Positions 30,481-42,591 of a stretch of DNA of 64,000 bases are shown piece after piece. This DNA is from Macrostomum lignano (taxonomy: Eukaryota). Every line of letters starts with the position of its first letter. Within the stretch, counting starts at the first letter, position 1. Both the position numbers and the translations under genes were made by a program. The stretch is taken from positions 1,798,001-1,862,000 of the forward strand of contig NIVC01000001.1 of the NCBI GenBank assembly GCA_002269645.1. Direction: 5' to 3'. The notes under the pieces were generated by a model. The model worked only from the letters and a program-made list of their open reading frames with translations. It was not told where the DNA came from and did no database searches.

Positions 30481-32366
30481 GTACAGATCTACAGATCAAC
30501 TACAAGCAAAATCAATACAAAGGCAAGGAAGGAAAAATAATGGCAAGTCAGTTATTAACTTATCATAGTTATCAATCTTGAATTTTTCGACAAATTATAT
30601 ATTTGGTTGGGGGGGGGGGGCTTATCGTTTTATTGTTAGTTGATCAAAGTTGCGCAAAGAACACACTTCTTTACATTCCATGGTTTTGAACTGGTCAATT
30701 GTTATTTAATTTTTATTAAACTAACAATACACCATGTGTATGCAAAAAAGTGCGGTCCAATGGCAACTTTAGCAGTCTTTTTATTATTGTTTTGCATTAG
30801 TACGAGCATGGTGAGCTAGTGTGAGTTATTAAGTAAAACAAAAAGTTCTTACCATTCTTCTGTTCTTTTGTACCGTTTTAGATTTTGGGGAAAAACTCTG
30901 ATAACTTCCTGTCTGTCTGCTGTGTGGTTGTGCTTCCCCGTCTGAGGGGTTTCCATTATATAGGCCAACCGGTTTTACCCACCCTTTCCGTAGGGTTTTA
31001 GTGGGGATGTTTCTCTCTTCCCTTCTAGCCTATGCTATCTTTGTTGCGTTTTCCCCTTTGGGCTCTTCCCTTCTCCCAGCTGTCCAATCAAATGCCACAC
31101 TACGAGGGGTTCGGAGGGCGTTTTATGACGCCCCTCCTCTCTCTCCTTCTTTGGCCGGGGGCTTCTGCCCCATTAATTTCTTCATTTTTTCGATTTCCTA
31201 GACGCCTAACAGAGATGGGGAGTTGCCAGAGGGAACCGTGCCCGTGACTCAGCACCAAGGCTTTGACTGTTCTGGGAAGTCTGGCTCTACACACATTCGT
31301 TCGTTCGTTTTTCTCCTCTCGGAATTTACCCGGATTGTAAAACTTACCTTGCAAATGGCAAAGTTGCAACGCAGAAGCAACACTGAAGAAGGCAGACTTG
31401 GTGTCAGAAGCGAACGCCTAGTTCGTAATTTCTTTATTTCTTTCTGTCTTCTTTTCTGGCCTCTGCTGGGCTCTTCTAAACAGCGACAGTTCGACTGTTC
31501 TTATATTTGTCTATGGCCCATACCATAATTAATAATTATCTTATAAGGCATGTGTAGACCATTGAGCATAGACCATGCGCAGGATTCGTTCTGTCTGTAT
31601 GTTTCGATTTGAGATGCGTTTATTTAGCACAACAAGGGATGCCAGTTTCTGCCTAAATGTTAGTATGGCTTTTGGCTGGACTGAGAAAGAGGTTAGAAAT
31701 GACAGGAGAGGAAAGAGATAAGAGGAGAGAGCTGTGAAGAGACAAACCTTGAGCGGCCCCGAATTGGTACTTGTTAAATACTTGCTGTTAATTCTTAACT
31801 TCGTATGCTATGCTCCAAAAATTTAAGCTGACAAAATTAAATTTTAATGACACTGCGCAGACAAACTACTGAATAAAGAGCAGCGCCATTTAGCTTCAAT
31901 TTTTAAATTTAACTGACTTACAAAGGATTAACATCAAGTCCGCTGTCTTCTTTTTGCCCACAGAGCTGAACCTGTCTTTCGGTTGGAACCAACGCGCGAA
32001 CAACGATGTGCATTTTTATAACTATGGGCAGCCGCGTGCCATGTATACACATTTAACTTTATATAGTTGATAAATAAAATGCATACAAATTTGTCAAGTC
32101 GATTTTTTAACTGAATTAATTGTCTTTATTTTTTGTATTTAACAAATTTTACTGCATGATGAGATATAACGAAAAGTGGTTAAGTGAGTTTTTAATATTT
32201 TTAAAGCAGAGCTACTTACTAAGTAGTATATTATGGTGACATAAAAATAAAAATATTATGAGTCGTATAATAGCAGTAACTGTCCATCTGCTCGCCTCCC
32301 GCAGCTAATACTTGGGTTTTGAAGCCCTCAGTTAGACCGCACTGACCAACTGATTGTTGACAAGAA

Positions 32367-32376
32367 CTTTTCCCTT
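32367..32376 (+). promoter_or_regulatory. Candidate 5'-TOP/TCT pyrimidine initiator of RPL35 (cttttccctt)
   Basis: C-starting pyrimidine tract 15 nt upstream of the RPL35 ATG, typical of ribosomal-protein TSSs. The TSS itself cannot be seen from sequence. Confidence 0.45.
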
Positions 32377-32390
32377 GAAAAAGAGACAGC

Positions 32391-33139
32391 ATGGTTGGCA
32401 AGAAGGAGTCTGCTAAGAAGCTGCGCACTAAGACCAAGGTCGACTTGGAGAAGCAGCTCAATGAGCTCAAGCAGGAATTGGCTACGCTTCGTGTTGCCAA
32501 GGTAAACAAATCGATTGTCGCGCTTAAGAAATGCTAGACTCGCCCTGAGCCATACTAAAATCGCCCTGAGCCATACTAGAATCGCCCTGAGCCACACCAG
32601 AATCGCCCTGAACCGCACTAGAAACGCCCTGAACCGCACTAGAATCGCCCTGAACTGCACTAGAATCGCCCTGAACCACACCAGAATCGCCCTGAACCAC
32701 ACCAGAATCGCCCTGAACCGCACTAGAATCGCCCTGAGCCACACCAGAATCGCCCTGAACCACACCAGAATCGCCCTGAACCACACCAGAATCGCCCTGA
32801 ACCGCACTAGAATCGCCCTGAACCGCACCAGAATCGCCCTGAACCAGTCCTCATCCATGGAACCTGCAGGTGACGGGCGGCGCCGCCTCCAAGCTGGCGC
32901 AGATTCACCAGGTGCGCAAGATGATCGCCCGCGTCTACACGGTAATCCACCAGACCCAGAAAGACGCTGTCCGCCAATTCCAAAAGAAATCCAGCAAGCG
33001 CTTCTCGCGCGACCTCCGCGCCAAGAAGACCCGCGCCCTGCGCCGCGCCCTGACGCCGTTCGAGGCCAGCCGGACCACCGCCAAGCAGCAGCGCAGGAAG
33101 CGGGCCTTCCCTGTCCGTCGTTTCGCTGTGAAAGCTTGA
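32391..33139 (+). CDS. RPL35: 60S ribosomal protein L35 (uL29), 126 aa
   Basis: Exons 32391-32501 and 32870-33139 (phase 0). LEKQLNELKQELATLRVAK|VTGGAASKL...RKMIARVYTVI...DLRAKKTRALRRALT...FPVRRFAVKA. AATAAA at 33230. Confidence 0.98.
32535..32845. repeat. 21-bp minisatellite (agaatcgccctgaaccacacc) in the RPL35 intron
   Basis: Visible units. Confidence 0.95.
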
Positions 33140-33419
33140 AATGTTTTCTAATGGACCGATTTGTTGATCAACTAGGCAGTTTGCAGTGCGTCAGTGACTT
33201 TGATTGGATCAGCGCTGGCTTGGATCGTAAATAAATGCCTAAGCATTCGCTCAATCTAGCTGGAAACAAATTTGACCGGGATGGTCTCGAGAGATGCGCG
33301 ATTTGGATTAAATTTTTCTTCTCCGTGTTGCCTCATCATTTTCGGACTTTAGTAAAGCATATTTAGCAGTTAAGCTCTGAATAGGGATAGTAGTAGGTAT
33401 AGTTATTAAAAGGAATAGT

Positions 33420-34497
<1,078 letters not shown>

Positions 34498-34788
34498 CCA
34501 GTAGTCGTAGGCGGCCATCACGGAGCAGGTAAAACGGGAGGCTGATTGCTAAAGCCAATCTGTGACGCACCCCTCCTCACTAACCGCTCCAACAGTAGTG
34601 CTCGGCACGCTCTCCCTTGAGGGTGACTTCGCTTAAGTCATTTTGAGTCACCTACAGAAACGGAGTGAACATTAAGACACTTGAAAAGTAAAACGGATTA
34701 CTGAGACTTGTATTTCTACTTTTAGTAATATAAGCAGTATACGGATATTCCAGCGCAAAATTTAGCACTATAATAGAAACTCAACTGC

Positions 34789-37700
34789 ATGCTGTCCCTG
34801 TGCGCCAGACGATTCCAGAAGCTTCTGCCAACCGTAGCCGCCGCCGCTTGTCTCAGCAGAAGCAACCGACAGCTGTCCGAATCGCAAATGACGTCAGCTG
34901 GCAACAGTCTGGCCGCATTGGTGCAGCTGCACTGCACTAACAACAAGGCTAGGAATTTTGCTCAGGCTCGCGGCCACATTTTATCGGCCGCGTCGGCTGG
35001 GGCTGGCATTGTTTTCCTGCCCGAGTGCACCGACTATGTGGCTGAGAGCGTGGCCGAGAGCATACGAATGGCTGAGACTATTGATGGCCCAACCTGCTCG
35101 GATTACAGAGCTCTGGCTAGGGAGACCGGACTCTGGCTGTCTATTGGCAGTTTGCACTTGCGCGACCAACCCGCCGCGGATGAGGTACTTTCTGACGCCG
35201 TCTGGGAGTTGACTGATGAGGCCTGATTTTATCATTGGGTTATGTGCCCCTCTTGACAGATCCTCATGAAATCGCAGGCGTTGCCCTTAGGACTCGTCCT
35301 CGCAGAAATCACCCCTCAGGAATCGCCCCTTATTATAAATCGACCTCTCCGGAATCGCCCTCGCAAGAATCTCCCCTTATGAATCGTCCCCTCCGGAATC
35401 GCCCTGGCAAGAATCTCCCCTTATGAATCGCTCTTAAAACAATCGCCCCTTATGAATCGCCTCACAAGAATCGCCCCTCAGGCTCAGGAAGCGCCCCTTA
35501 TGAATCGCCCCCTCCGAAATCGCCCTCGCAAGAATCGCCCCTTATGAATCGCCCCCTCCGAAATCGCTCTTGCAAGAATCACCCCTCAGGCTCAGGAATC
35601 ACCCCTTATGAATCGCCCCCTTTCGGAATCTCCCTCGCAAGAATCTCCCCTTATGAATCGCCCCCTCCGAAATCGCCCTCGCAAGAATCGCCCCTTATGA
35701 ATCGCCCCCTCCGAAATCGCTCTTGCAAGAATCACCCCTCAGGCTCAGGAATCACCCCTTATGAATCGCCCCCTCCGAAATCGCTCTTGCAAGAATCACC
35801 CCTCAGGCTCAGGAATCACCCCTTATGAATCGCCCCCTTTCGGAATCTCCCTCGCAAGAATCTCCCCTTATGAATCGCCCCCTCCGGAATCGCCCTCGCA
35901 AGAATCTCCCCTTATGAATCGCTCTTAAAACAATCGCCCCTTATGAATCGCCTCACAAGAATCGCCCCTCAGGCTCAGGAAGCGCCCCTTATGAATCGCC
36001 CCCTCCGGAATCGCCCTGGCAAGAATCTCCCCTTATGAATCGCTCTTAAAACAATCGCCCCTTATGAATCGCCTCACAAGAATCGCCCCTCAGGCTCAGG
36101 AAGCGCCCCTTATGAATCGCCCCCTCCGAAATCGCCCTCGCAAGAATCGCCCCTTATGAATCGCCCCCTCCGAATCGCCCTCGCAAGAATCGCCCCTTAT
36201 GAATCGCCCCCTCCGAATCGCCCTCGCTAGAATCTCCCCTTATGAATCGCTCTTACAACAATCGCCCCTTATGAATCGCTCTTACAACAATCGCCCCTTA
36301 TGAATCGCCTCACAAGAACTGCTCCTCAGGCTTAGGAATCGCCCCTTTTGAATCGCCCCCTCCGAAATCGCTCTTGCAAGAATCGCCTCTCAGGCTCAGG
36401 AATCGCCCCTTATGAATCGCCCCCTCCGAAATCTCCCTCGCAAGAATCTCCCCTTATGAATCGCCCCCTCCGAAATCTCCCTCGCAAGAATCTCCCCTTA
36501 TGAATCGCCCCCTCCGGAATCTCCCTCGCAAGAATCTCCCCTTATAAATCGCCCCCTCCAAAATCGCCCTTGCAATAATCGCCCCTCAGGCTCAGGAATC
36601 GCCCCCTCCGAAATCGCCCTTGCAAAAATCTCCCCTTATGAATCGCCCCTTGCGAAATCGCCCTCGCAAGAATCGCCCCTTATGAATCTCCCCCTCCGAA
36701 ATCGCCCTTGCAAGAATCGCCTCTTATGAATCGCCCTTGTAAGAATCGCCCCTCAGGCTCAGGAATCGCCCCTTATGAATCGCCCCCCTTCAGGAATCGC
36801 CTCCCTCAAGAATTACCCTTTATAAATCGCCAAGCGAGAACCTATCCGAATCCATTAAAAACTTCAGCAGCCGAACGGCGCCACCCAAGGCGCTGAGCGC
36901 ATCAGCAACAGCCACCTGCTAATTGACCCTGAGGGCTGCATCGCCGGCCGCTACGACAAGGCGCACATGTTCGACGTTCAAGTGCCCGGCGACGGCGGCG
37001 GCAATCCCGGCGGAGGCAGGAGCTTCTTGGAGTCGCGGTACACGAAGCCGGGCGACAGTCTGGCGCCGGTGATTGACACCCCGGTTGGCCGGGTGGGCCT
37101 GGCCATCTGCTACGATATGCGATTCGCGGAATTGGCCATCGGGATGAGAGAGCGAGGGGCGCAGATTATCACCTATCCCAGTGCTTTCACCGTGCCTACG
37201 GGTGAGGCAAATTATTGATTAGTATAATAGGCCTTTTATGGCACTATGAGGGGGTTGTAGCCTAGTGGTTAGAGCGTCTGACTCACAACTGAAAGGTCGG
37301 GGGTTCGATTTCCGACCCACTCAGAACAATTTGTGGCCTTGAGCAGGACGCTTAACTCTGCATTGCTTCAGTTCACCCAGCTGTAAAATGGGTGCCAGCA
37401 TTAACTGGGGTAATTGAGGGGGTGTGGCGACCCTCCAGTCCTTGGACTGAACAGCCGCACGCAGCCTTTGCGCAATAGCTGCGGCTGAGCTGTCGGTTAC
37501 ACATCTGCCCATTAGGGCAGGTGTAATCAGTTATTATTACAGTATTATTATGACGCTAAATGGCCTTCTGTGGCGCTTAAATACGCTCGTAAATCTTTGT
37601 GGCCATTCATGGTAGTTCAGATCGCCGATAAAAGATTTTTGGTGCCATTGAATCAATCCCCGCTATTCGAATCCCAACCGCAGGCCAGGCCCACTGGTCC

Positions 37701-38934
37701 GCTCTGCTGCGCGCCAGAGCCATCGAGACCCAATGCTGGCTGGTGGCCGCCGCCCAGGCCGGCTCGCACAATCCCAGGCGGCATTCGTACGGCCACGCCT
37801 GCATTATCGACCCGTGGGGCAAGGTGTGCGCCGAACTTGATGACAAATCGGATGGCCTAGCCCTGTGTCAGATTAATTTGAAATACCTGGAACAGGTTCG
37901 AGCCGGTATGCCGGTGATGCAGCAACGACGATTAGATCTGTATCCCAGCGTGTCGGGCCAGCTGCATCTGCGTGAGTTGCCCGTCTGTCCACTACTATTA
38001 AAAATTAAAACGTAATGTTTATTACAGTACCAAGTCTCACGGTTGATAAATATTTATTGACTGACGGCAGTTTCTATATTTCTATATCGATCGATTTCAT
38101 GTGTCATAAAGCCAGTTTCTATATTTAGAAATATCGATCGATTTCATGTGTCATAAAGCCAGTTTCTATATTTGGAAATATCGATCGATTTCATGTGTCA
38201 TAAAGCCAGTTTCTATATTTAGAAATATCGATCGATTTCATGTGTCATAAAGCAAGTTTCTATATTGAGAATTTTTGATCGATTTTATGCGTCAAGCCAG
38301 GTTCTATATTTAGAATTATCGATCGATTTCATGTGTCTTTAAGCCAGTTTCTATATTTAGAAATATATCATAGATAGAGCATGACGTCACTTTCTATTCA
38401 TTGCTTCCTGACGTCATTTTTAGCCTTCAAAACTTTTCAGTGCCCATTCCTGACTCTGCCGAATTCGCGTTCGGTCCGCACTGGCTCCCAGCTAGCGAGC
38501 AGGTGTTCTGCCTCACCAGTCTGTCTTTTGCCGCGGTGAATCTTCGCCCAATCCGGCCGCATCATACGCTGGTCTGCCCGCGCCGTTCGGTTGCAATGCT
38601 AAGCGAGCTCACTCCGTTAGAACGGGCGGATCTGTTCGGCTTAGCTGAGCTGGTGGCCTCCCGGCTGAGGCAGCTCGCCGGCACCGAGTCGTGCAGCTTC
38701 AGCCTGCAGGACGGCCCCCTGGCCGGCCAGTCGGTGCCGCACGTCCACATTCACGTGCTGCCTCGGCTGCCGGGCGACTTCCAGCCGAACGACTCCGTCT
38801 ACACGGCGCTGGAGGCGGAGCCGAAGCCTGAACGGCCAAATCGGTCGGCCGAGGAGATGGCCAAAGAGACCGCTCAGTTTCGGGCGCTTTTCTATCATCA
38901 AGACACTAATAATACTACTGGTGACGGTCAGTAG
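34789..38934 (+). CDS. NitFhit: Nitrilase-FHIT fusion protein (NIT1 deaminated-glutathione amidase domain + FHIT Ap3A hydrolase domain)
   Basis: Exons 34789-35184, 36868-37201, 37684-37971 and 38441-38934, phase-consistent with no stop between the domains. Nit triad motifs FLPE, YDKAHMFD, ICYDMRF; PSAFTVPTG..HW..LLRARAIETQC. FHIT motif QSVPHVHIHVLPR..GDF..NDSVY. Arg/Ser/Leu-rich N-terminus resembles a mitochondrial presequence. Confidence 0.95.
35260..36830. repeat. Complex AATCGCCC-based minisatellite with higher-order blocks in NitFhit intron 1
   Basis: Recurrent gaatcgcccc[ttat/ctcc/ctcg] subunits and repeated blocks. Confidence 0.95.
37249..37550 (+). mobile_element. tRNA-derived SINE with CORE/Meta-like central domain in NitFhit intron 2
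   Basis: A box tagcctagtgg (37258-37268) and B box ggttcgattt (37302-37311). Then tgtggccttgagcaggacgcttaac...cagttcacccagctgtaaaatggg, resembling the MIR CORE / Meta-SINE domain, and a (TTA)-like tail. Confidence 0.85.
38070..38370. repeat. 47-bp minisatellite (gccagtttctatatttagaaatatcgatcgatttcatgtgtcataaa) in NitFhit intron 3
   Basis: Visible units with 47-bp period. Confidence 0.93.
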
Positions 38935-39355
38935 GCAGTAGAGTAGAACTGTTCTAGATCTGACTGTTCTTAAAGTAGAAAATCGTGCATTTTTCTCATA
39001 ATAATAACTTTATCCGGTTAACTTGACGCTTTCTTGCTGAAAAATAAACTAAGCTTCATATTTTAATCATGTCAGTGTCCTTAAATTTATTATGATTAGA
39101 ATTTTTTAACTTTTTCGTTTAATTTGAAAAGAAGAAACGCAAACAAGTGCTAATTTTAGATTTTTGGTTTGTACTCTAAAAGTACAAGTAGCACTTTAAT
39201 CGATGTGCCAGTACGTATGTTTAGTTATGTCGGAAGCACGTTGTATTTATTGAAATAAAAAAAACGCGTGCAAATGGCCTACAAATGCAGCAACAACTGG
39301 TAACCTCTCAGAGGTTGCTACGCAAATGCAACGATAATACAAGCGTAGAACAAAT

Positions 39356-40808
39356 TTATAAGCGATAAACTGATCCAGAGATGCAGACATTGCGATGCGA
39401 TTGGTCTGTTATTGTCCCCTGTCTCGATACCACAGCTTCACATTCGCCTTCGCCGTCGCCCTCGCCTACAATTCGCCAACCAACGCACATCGCCTCGGTA
39501 GTGTGGCCGTACAGAAATTCCAGCTGCTGTAGCGGCAAGTTGGGATCTGTTAGGATGAACAAATAGGATCGAGTTTGAATGTCACAATCCGATCTTTAGG
39601 CGTCATAGCGGTGCCATTTGGCATCTCGGGAACAAACTCAGCTGGCGTGAATTATAAAGTTCAAAATCAACACCATCTCTGCTCTACCCTTAACATTACT
39701 TGAGACCCTTGTCTGTCGTAGTCTGTCTGTCTGTGTCTGTTTGTCTGTCTGCCTTTGTCTGTCTGTCTGTCTGTCTGTCGTCTGTCTGTCTGTGACCCAC
39801 AGAAGTTGCAAACTCTTAAAATATGCAACCCAAATAACAATGCATCCAGCTTGGAAAAACACGGTGGCAAGAATGAAAGTTAACGCGTAGACACACTCCA
39901 GACTCCAGCACACCAGGTTTGTGGTACATTAAGACTTGCAACCCAGATTAATTCAACCCTGGCCTCGCCCCGCCTCACCCTGACGGCGCCGCCGGATCAG
40001 CAGCAGGCCAGCGTCACGCAGCTCAACGCCTTCCATGAATGCATGGCCAAGGAACTCTCGGCGAAGGCAGTCGCTGGCGACGCTGGCCAAGTCGTCCTGA
40101 CGATGTGCGTCGATGTCGCTGCCGCTGCTCTCGCTGCGGTGAAGACAATTTTTCAAGAGAAAGTTTTTGAAAAGCGAAGTACGAAGACACAATTAGATTT
40201 CGTTTCGCATTCGCATCTTGCTAATTGCTAGTAGGTTACGCAACATTCATGTATACTTAATTGAGAAGAAAAATTCCCTTCATCTTATCCGACATCGGCC
40301 TCTACCGAGCAATAATTCTCCTCAATATCGGATGAGATATTCCCCTTATTAAATGAGAATTCTCAGCATCAAACAAAGAAGTAACCACAGAGACGTTCTC
40401 AACATTCAGGAGAGGAAGTCCCGCTGATAAGATGAGGAATTCCCCACCGTGGCTCACCTCCCGCCGCAGTCGCCATTACTGACGACGGCAGGGGACGCGC
40501 GGCGCGGCGAACGGCGAAGAGCGGCGCGAGCGCAGGTCTGCGCCAACTGGCAGCGCACCAGGTACTCGCCGGCCCCGCTGGTGACGCAGCCGACGCCAGT
40601 CGAGCCACCATCGTCGTCTTCTACACCTGCATCGCCGACCGACTCGGCCCAGCAGCCGCAGCCAAAAATTGCGGCCTGGCCGACTCGGCCCGGCTGTTTG
40701 AGGGCCACGCCGCCGCTTGAGCAGGCCACCGCGATGCGACCACTGGAGTCCAGGCAGATTGCGCCAACCTGGAATCCATTGTTTGACTGATTGATAGATA
40801 GATAGGTG

Positions 40809-40859
<51 letters not shown>

Positions 40860-40868
40860 GGATAGATG

Positions 40869-40919
<51 letters not shown>

Positions 40920-40928
40920 GGATAGATG

Positions 40929-40966
<38 letters not shown>

Positions 40967-41028
40967 AAGATAGATGGATGGATAGATAGATAGATGGAAA
41001 GATAGATAGATAAATAGATAGGTAGATG

Positions 41029-41095
<67 letters not shown>

Positions 41096-42508
41096 GGATA
41101 GATGGATGGATAGATAGATAGATAGATAGATAGATGGATAGATAGATGGATAGATGGATGGATAGATGGATGGATAGATAGGTAGATGGATAGATAGATG
41201 GATAGATAGATGGATAGATGGATAGATAGATAGATTGATTGATTGGTTGATATCCGACCATTTGCTTGATTGACATTAGTTAAAGGACTGATTGGCGCAC
41301 TAACTGATGGATTGACACAAATTCTTCAGTCTCACCGTGTCGGAAACTGGGCCGCCGCCAGCTGCCGGCGTCATCCAGCAGCGGTGCCCGCCGTTGCCAA
41401 GCTGACGCTCCACCGCCGCCGTAGACGCCGTAGACTCCCCCGACGGCGACGAATCAGGCGACTCGGCGCGTCTTTTTCTCGGTCCTAGTCGCTGCTGCTG
41501 CTGCTGCTCCTCGGCCGCTTCTAGAAGACGCGAATACTTCAAATAGGCAGTTCTAGCAGCCGGGGTGACCAGAGCGTTGTCAGACTCAACGAACCCGACA
41601 TCGCAGTCGCGGCAGTTGGCCCTGGCCCAGTCCAGCGCGCCGTGACCAACTAGCAGCGAGGGCGGGATGAGGCCGCCCGGCAACAGCGGGGACTGCAGCT
41701 GGGACTCCAGCAAGCAGCGGGCCACCAGCACGGGGCGGCGGACCAGGCCGGGCAGGGCGCCGACGCCGGCGAACAGGCCGCGGCTGTCCAGCATGACGCC
41801 GGCGTCGCACTGGACGCTGCCGTCACGAGAGAGGCAGGAGCCGCGGCCGGCATTGGTCAGCTCGGAGTCCTGCGGGTGGTCGGAGATGACAGCTGTTTGT
41901 GTGTTTGTGTCTGTGTCTTTCTGTCTGTCTCTGTGTCTTTCTGTCTGTCTGTGTGTCTGCCTGTCTGTCTGTGTGTCTGTCTGTGTGTCTGCCTGCCTGT
42001 CTGTGTCTGCCTGTGTCTCTCTGTTTGTCTGTGTGTCTGCCTGTCTGTCTGTCTGTCTGTGTCTGCCTGTGTCTCTCTGTTTGTCTGTGTGTCTGCCTGG
42101 CTGTCTGTCTTAGTCTGTCTGTCTCAGTCAGTCAGCCATGCATCTAGCTCTTTAGTTTATCTGTGGCCAAACCTAATCAAATAAGCAAACCAACCTCCAG
42201 CATGGCCACAGCCAGACTGACGGTTTCCAAAGCGCCGGCCCCGGCAGCCAGCCGGTCTCCCACAGTCTGGCAGACGCGGCGGCACAAATCCGTGTAGGCG
42301 CGCTCGTTCCGGCGGCTGTAACGCCCGGCACCTGCGCGTTGCGAGGCGCATAGCAACGGAGTTGTTTACATTGGATCAGGAGTCTATTGAATATGTTAGT
42401 GTATATTTTAAGAAACAGGCAAACATGCTGTAAAAGAGTAACTGGAATATACGATGAGCCCTCAGTCTTACCTGTGTGAACGGCAATAAATGCCTTGCGT
42501 CTGTCGGA
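39356..42508 (-). CDS. TASP1: Threonine aspartase 1 (taspase 1); start codon not located
   Basis: Exons 42508-42472, 42331-42195, 41869-41336, 40768-40458, 40133-39979 and 39546-39356, all phase-consistent. [29 protein letters not shown], autocleavage [46 protein letters not shown]. Confidence 0.95.
40790..41240. repeat. (GATA/GATG)n microsatellite in a TASP1 intron
   Basis: Directly visible. Confidence 0.97.
41890..42130. repeat. Degenerate TCTG/TG microsatellite in a TASP1 intron
   Basis: Directly visible; a smaller one lies at ~39720-39795. Confidence 0.9.
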
Positions 42509-42591
42509 CTGCAAACAAAGCACAGCAGGTGGTTGTAAACGAAAATTATGCAAATTAACAAATCTAACATTGCAGTATTATGGGTTTAGGC

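Noticed and set aside
30760-30810. Signal-peptide-like mini exon on + (MATLAVFLLLFCISTSM|gtgagc)
   Set aside because: No convincing downstream coding exon. Such hydrophobic reads arise easily in T-rich DNA.
37251-37322. Functional tRNA gene
   Set aside because: A and B boxes are present but the acceptor, anticodon and T stems do not pair properly, and the sequence continues into a SINE core and tail.
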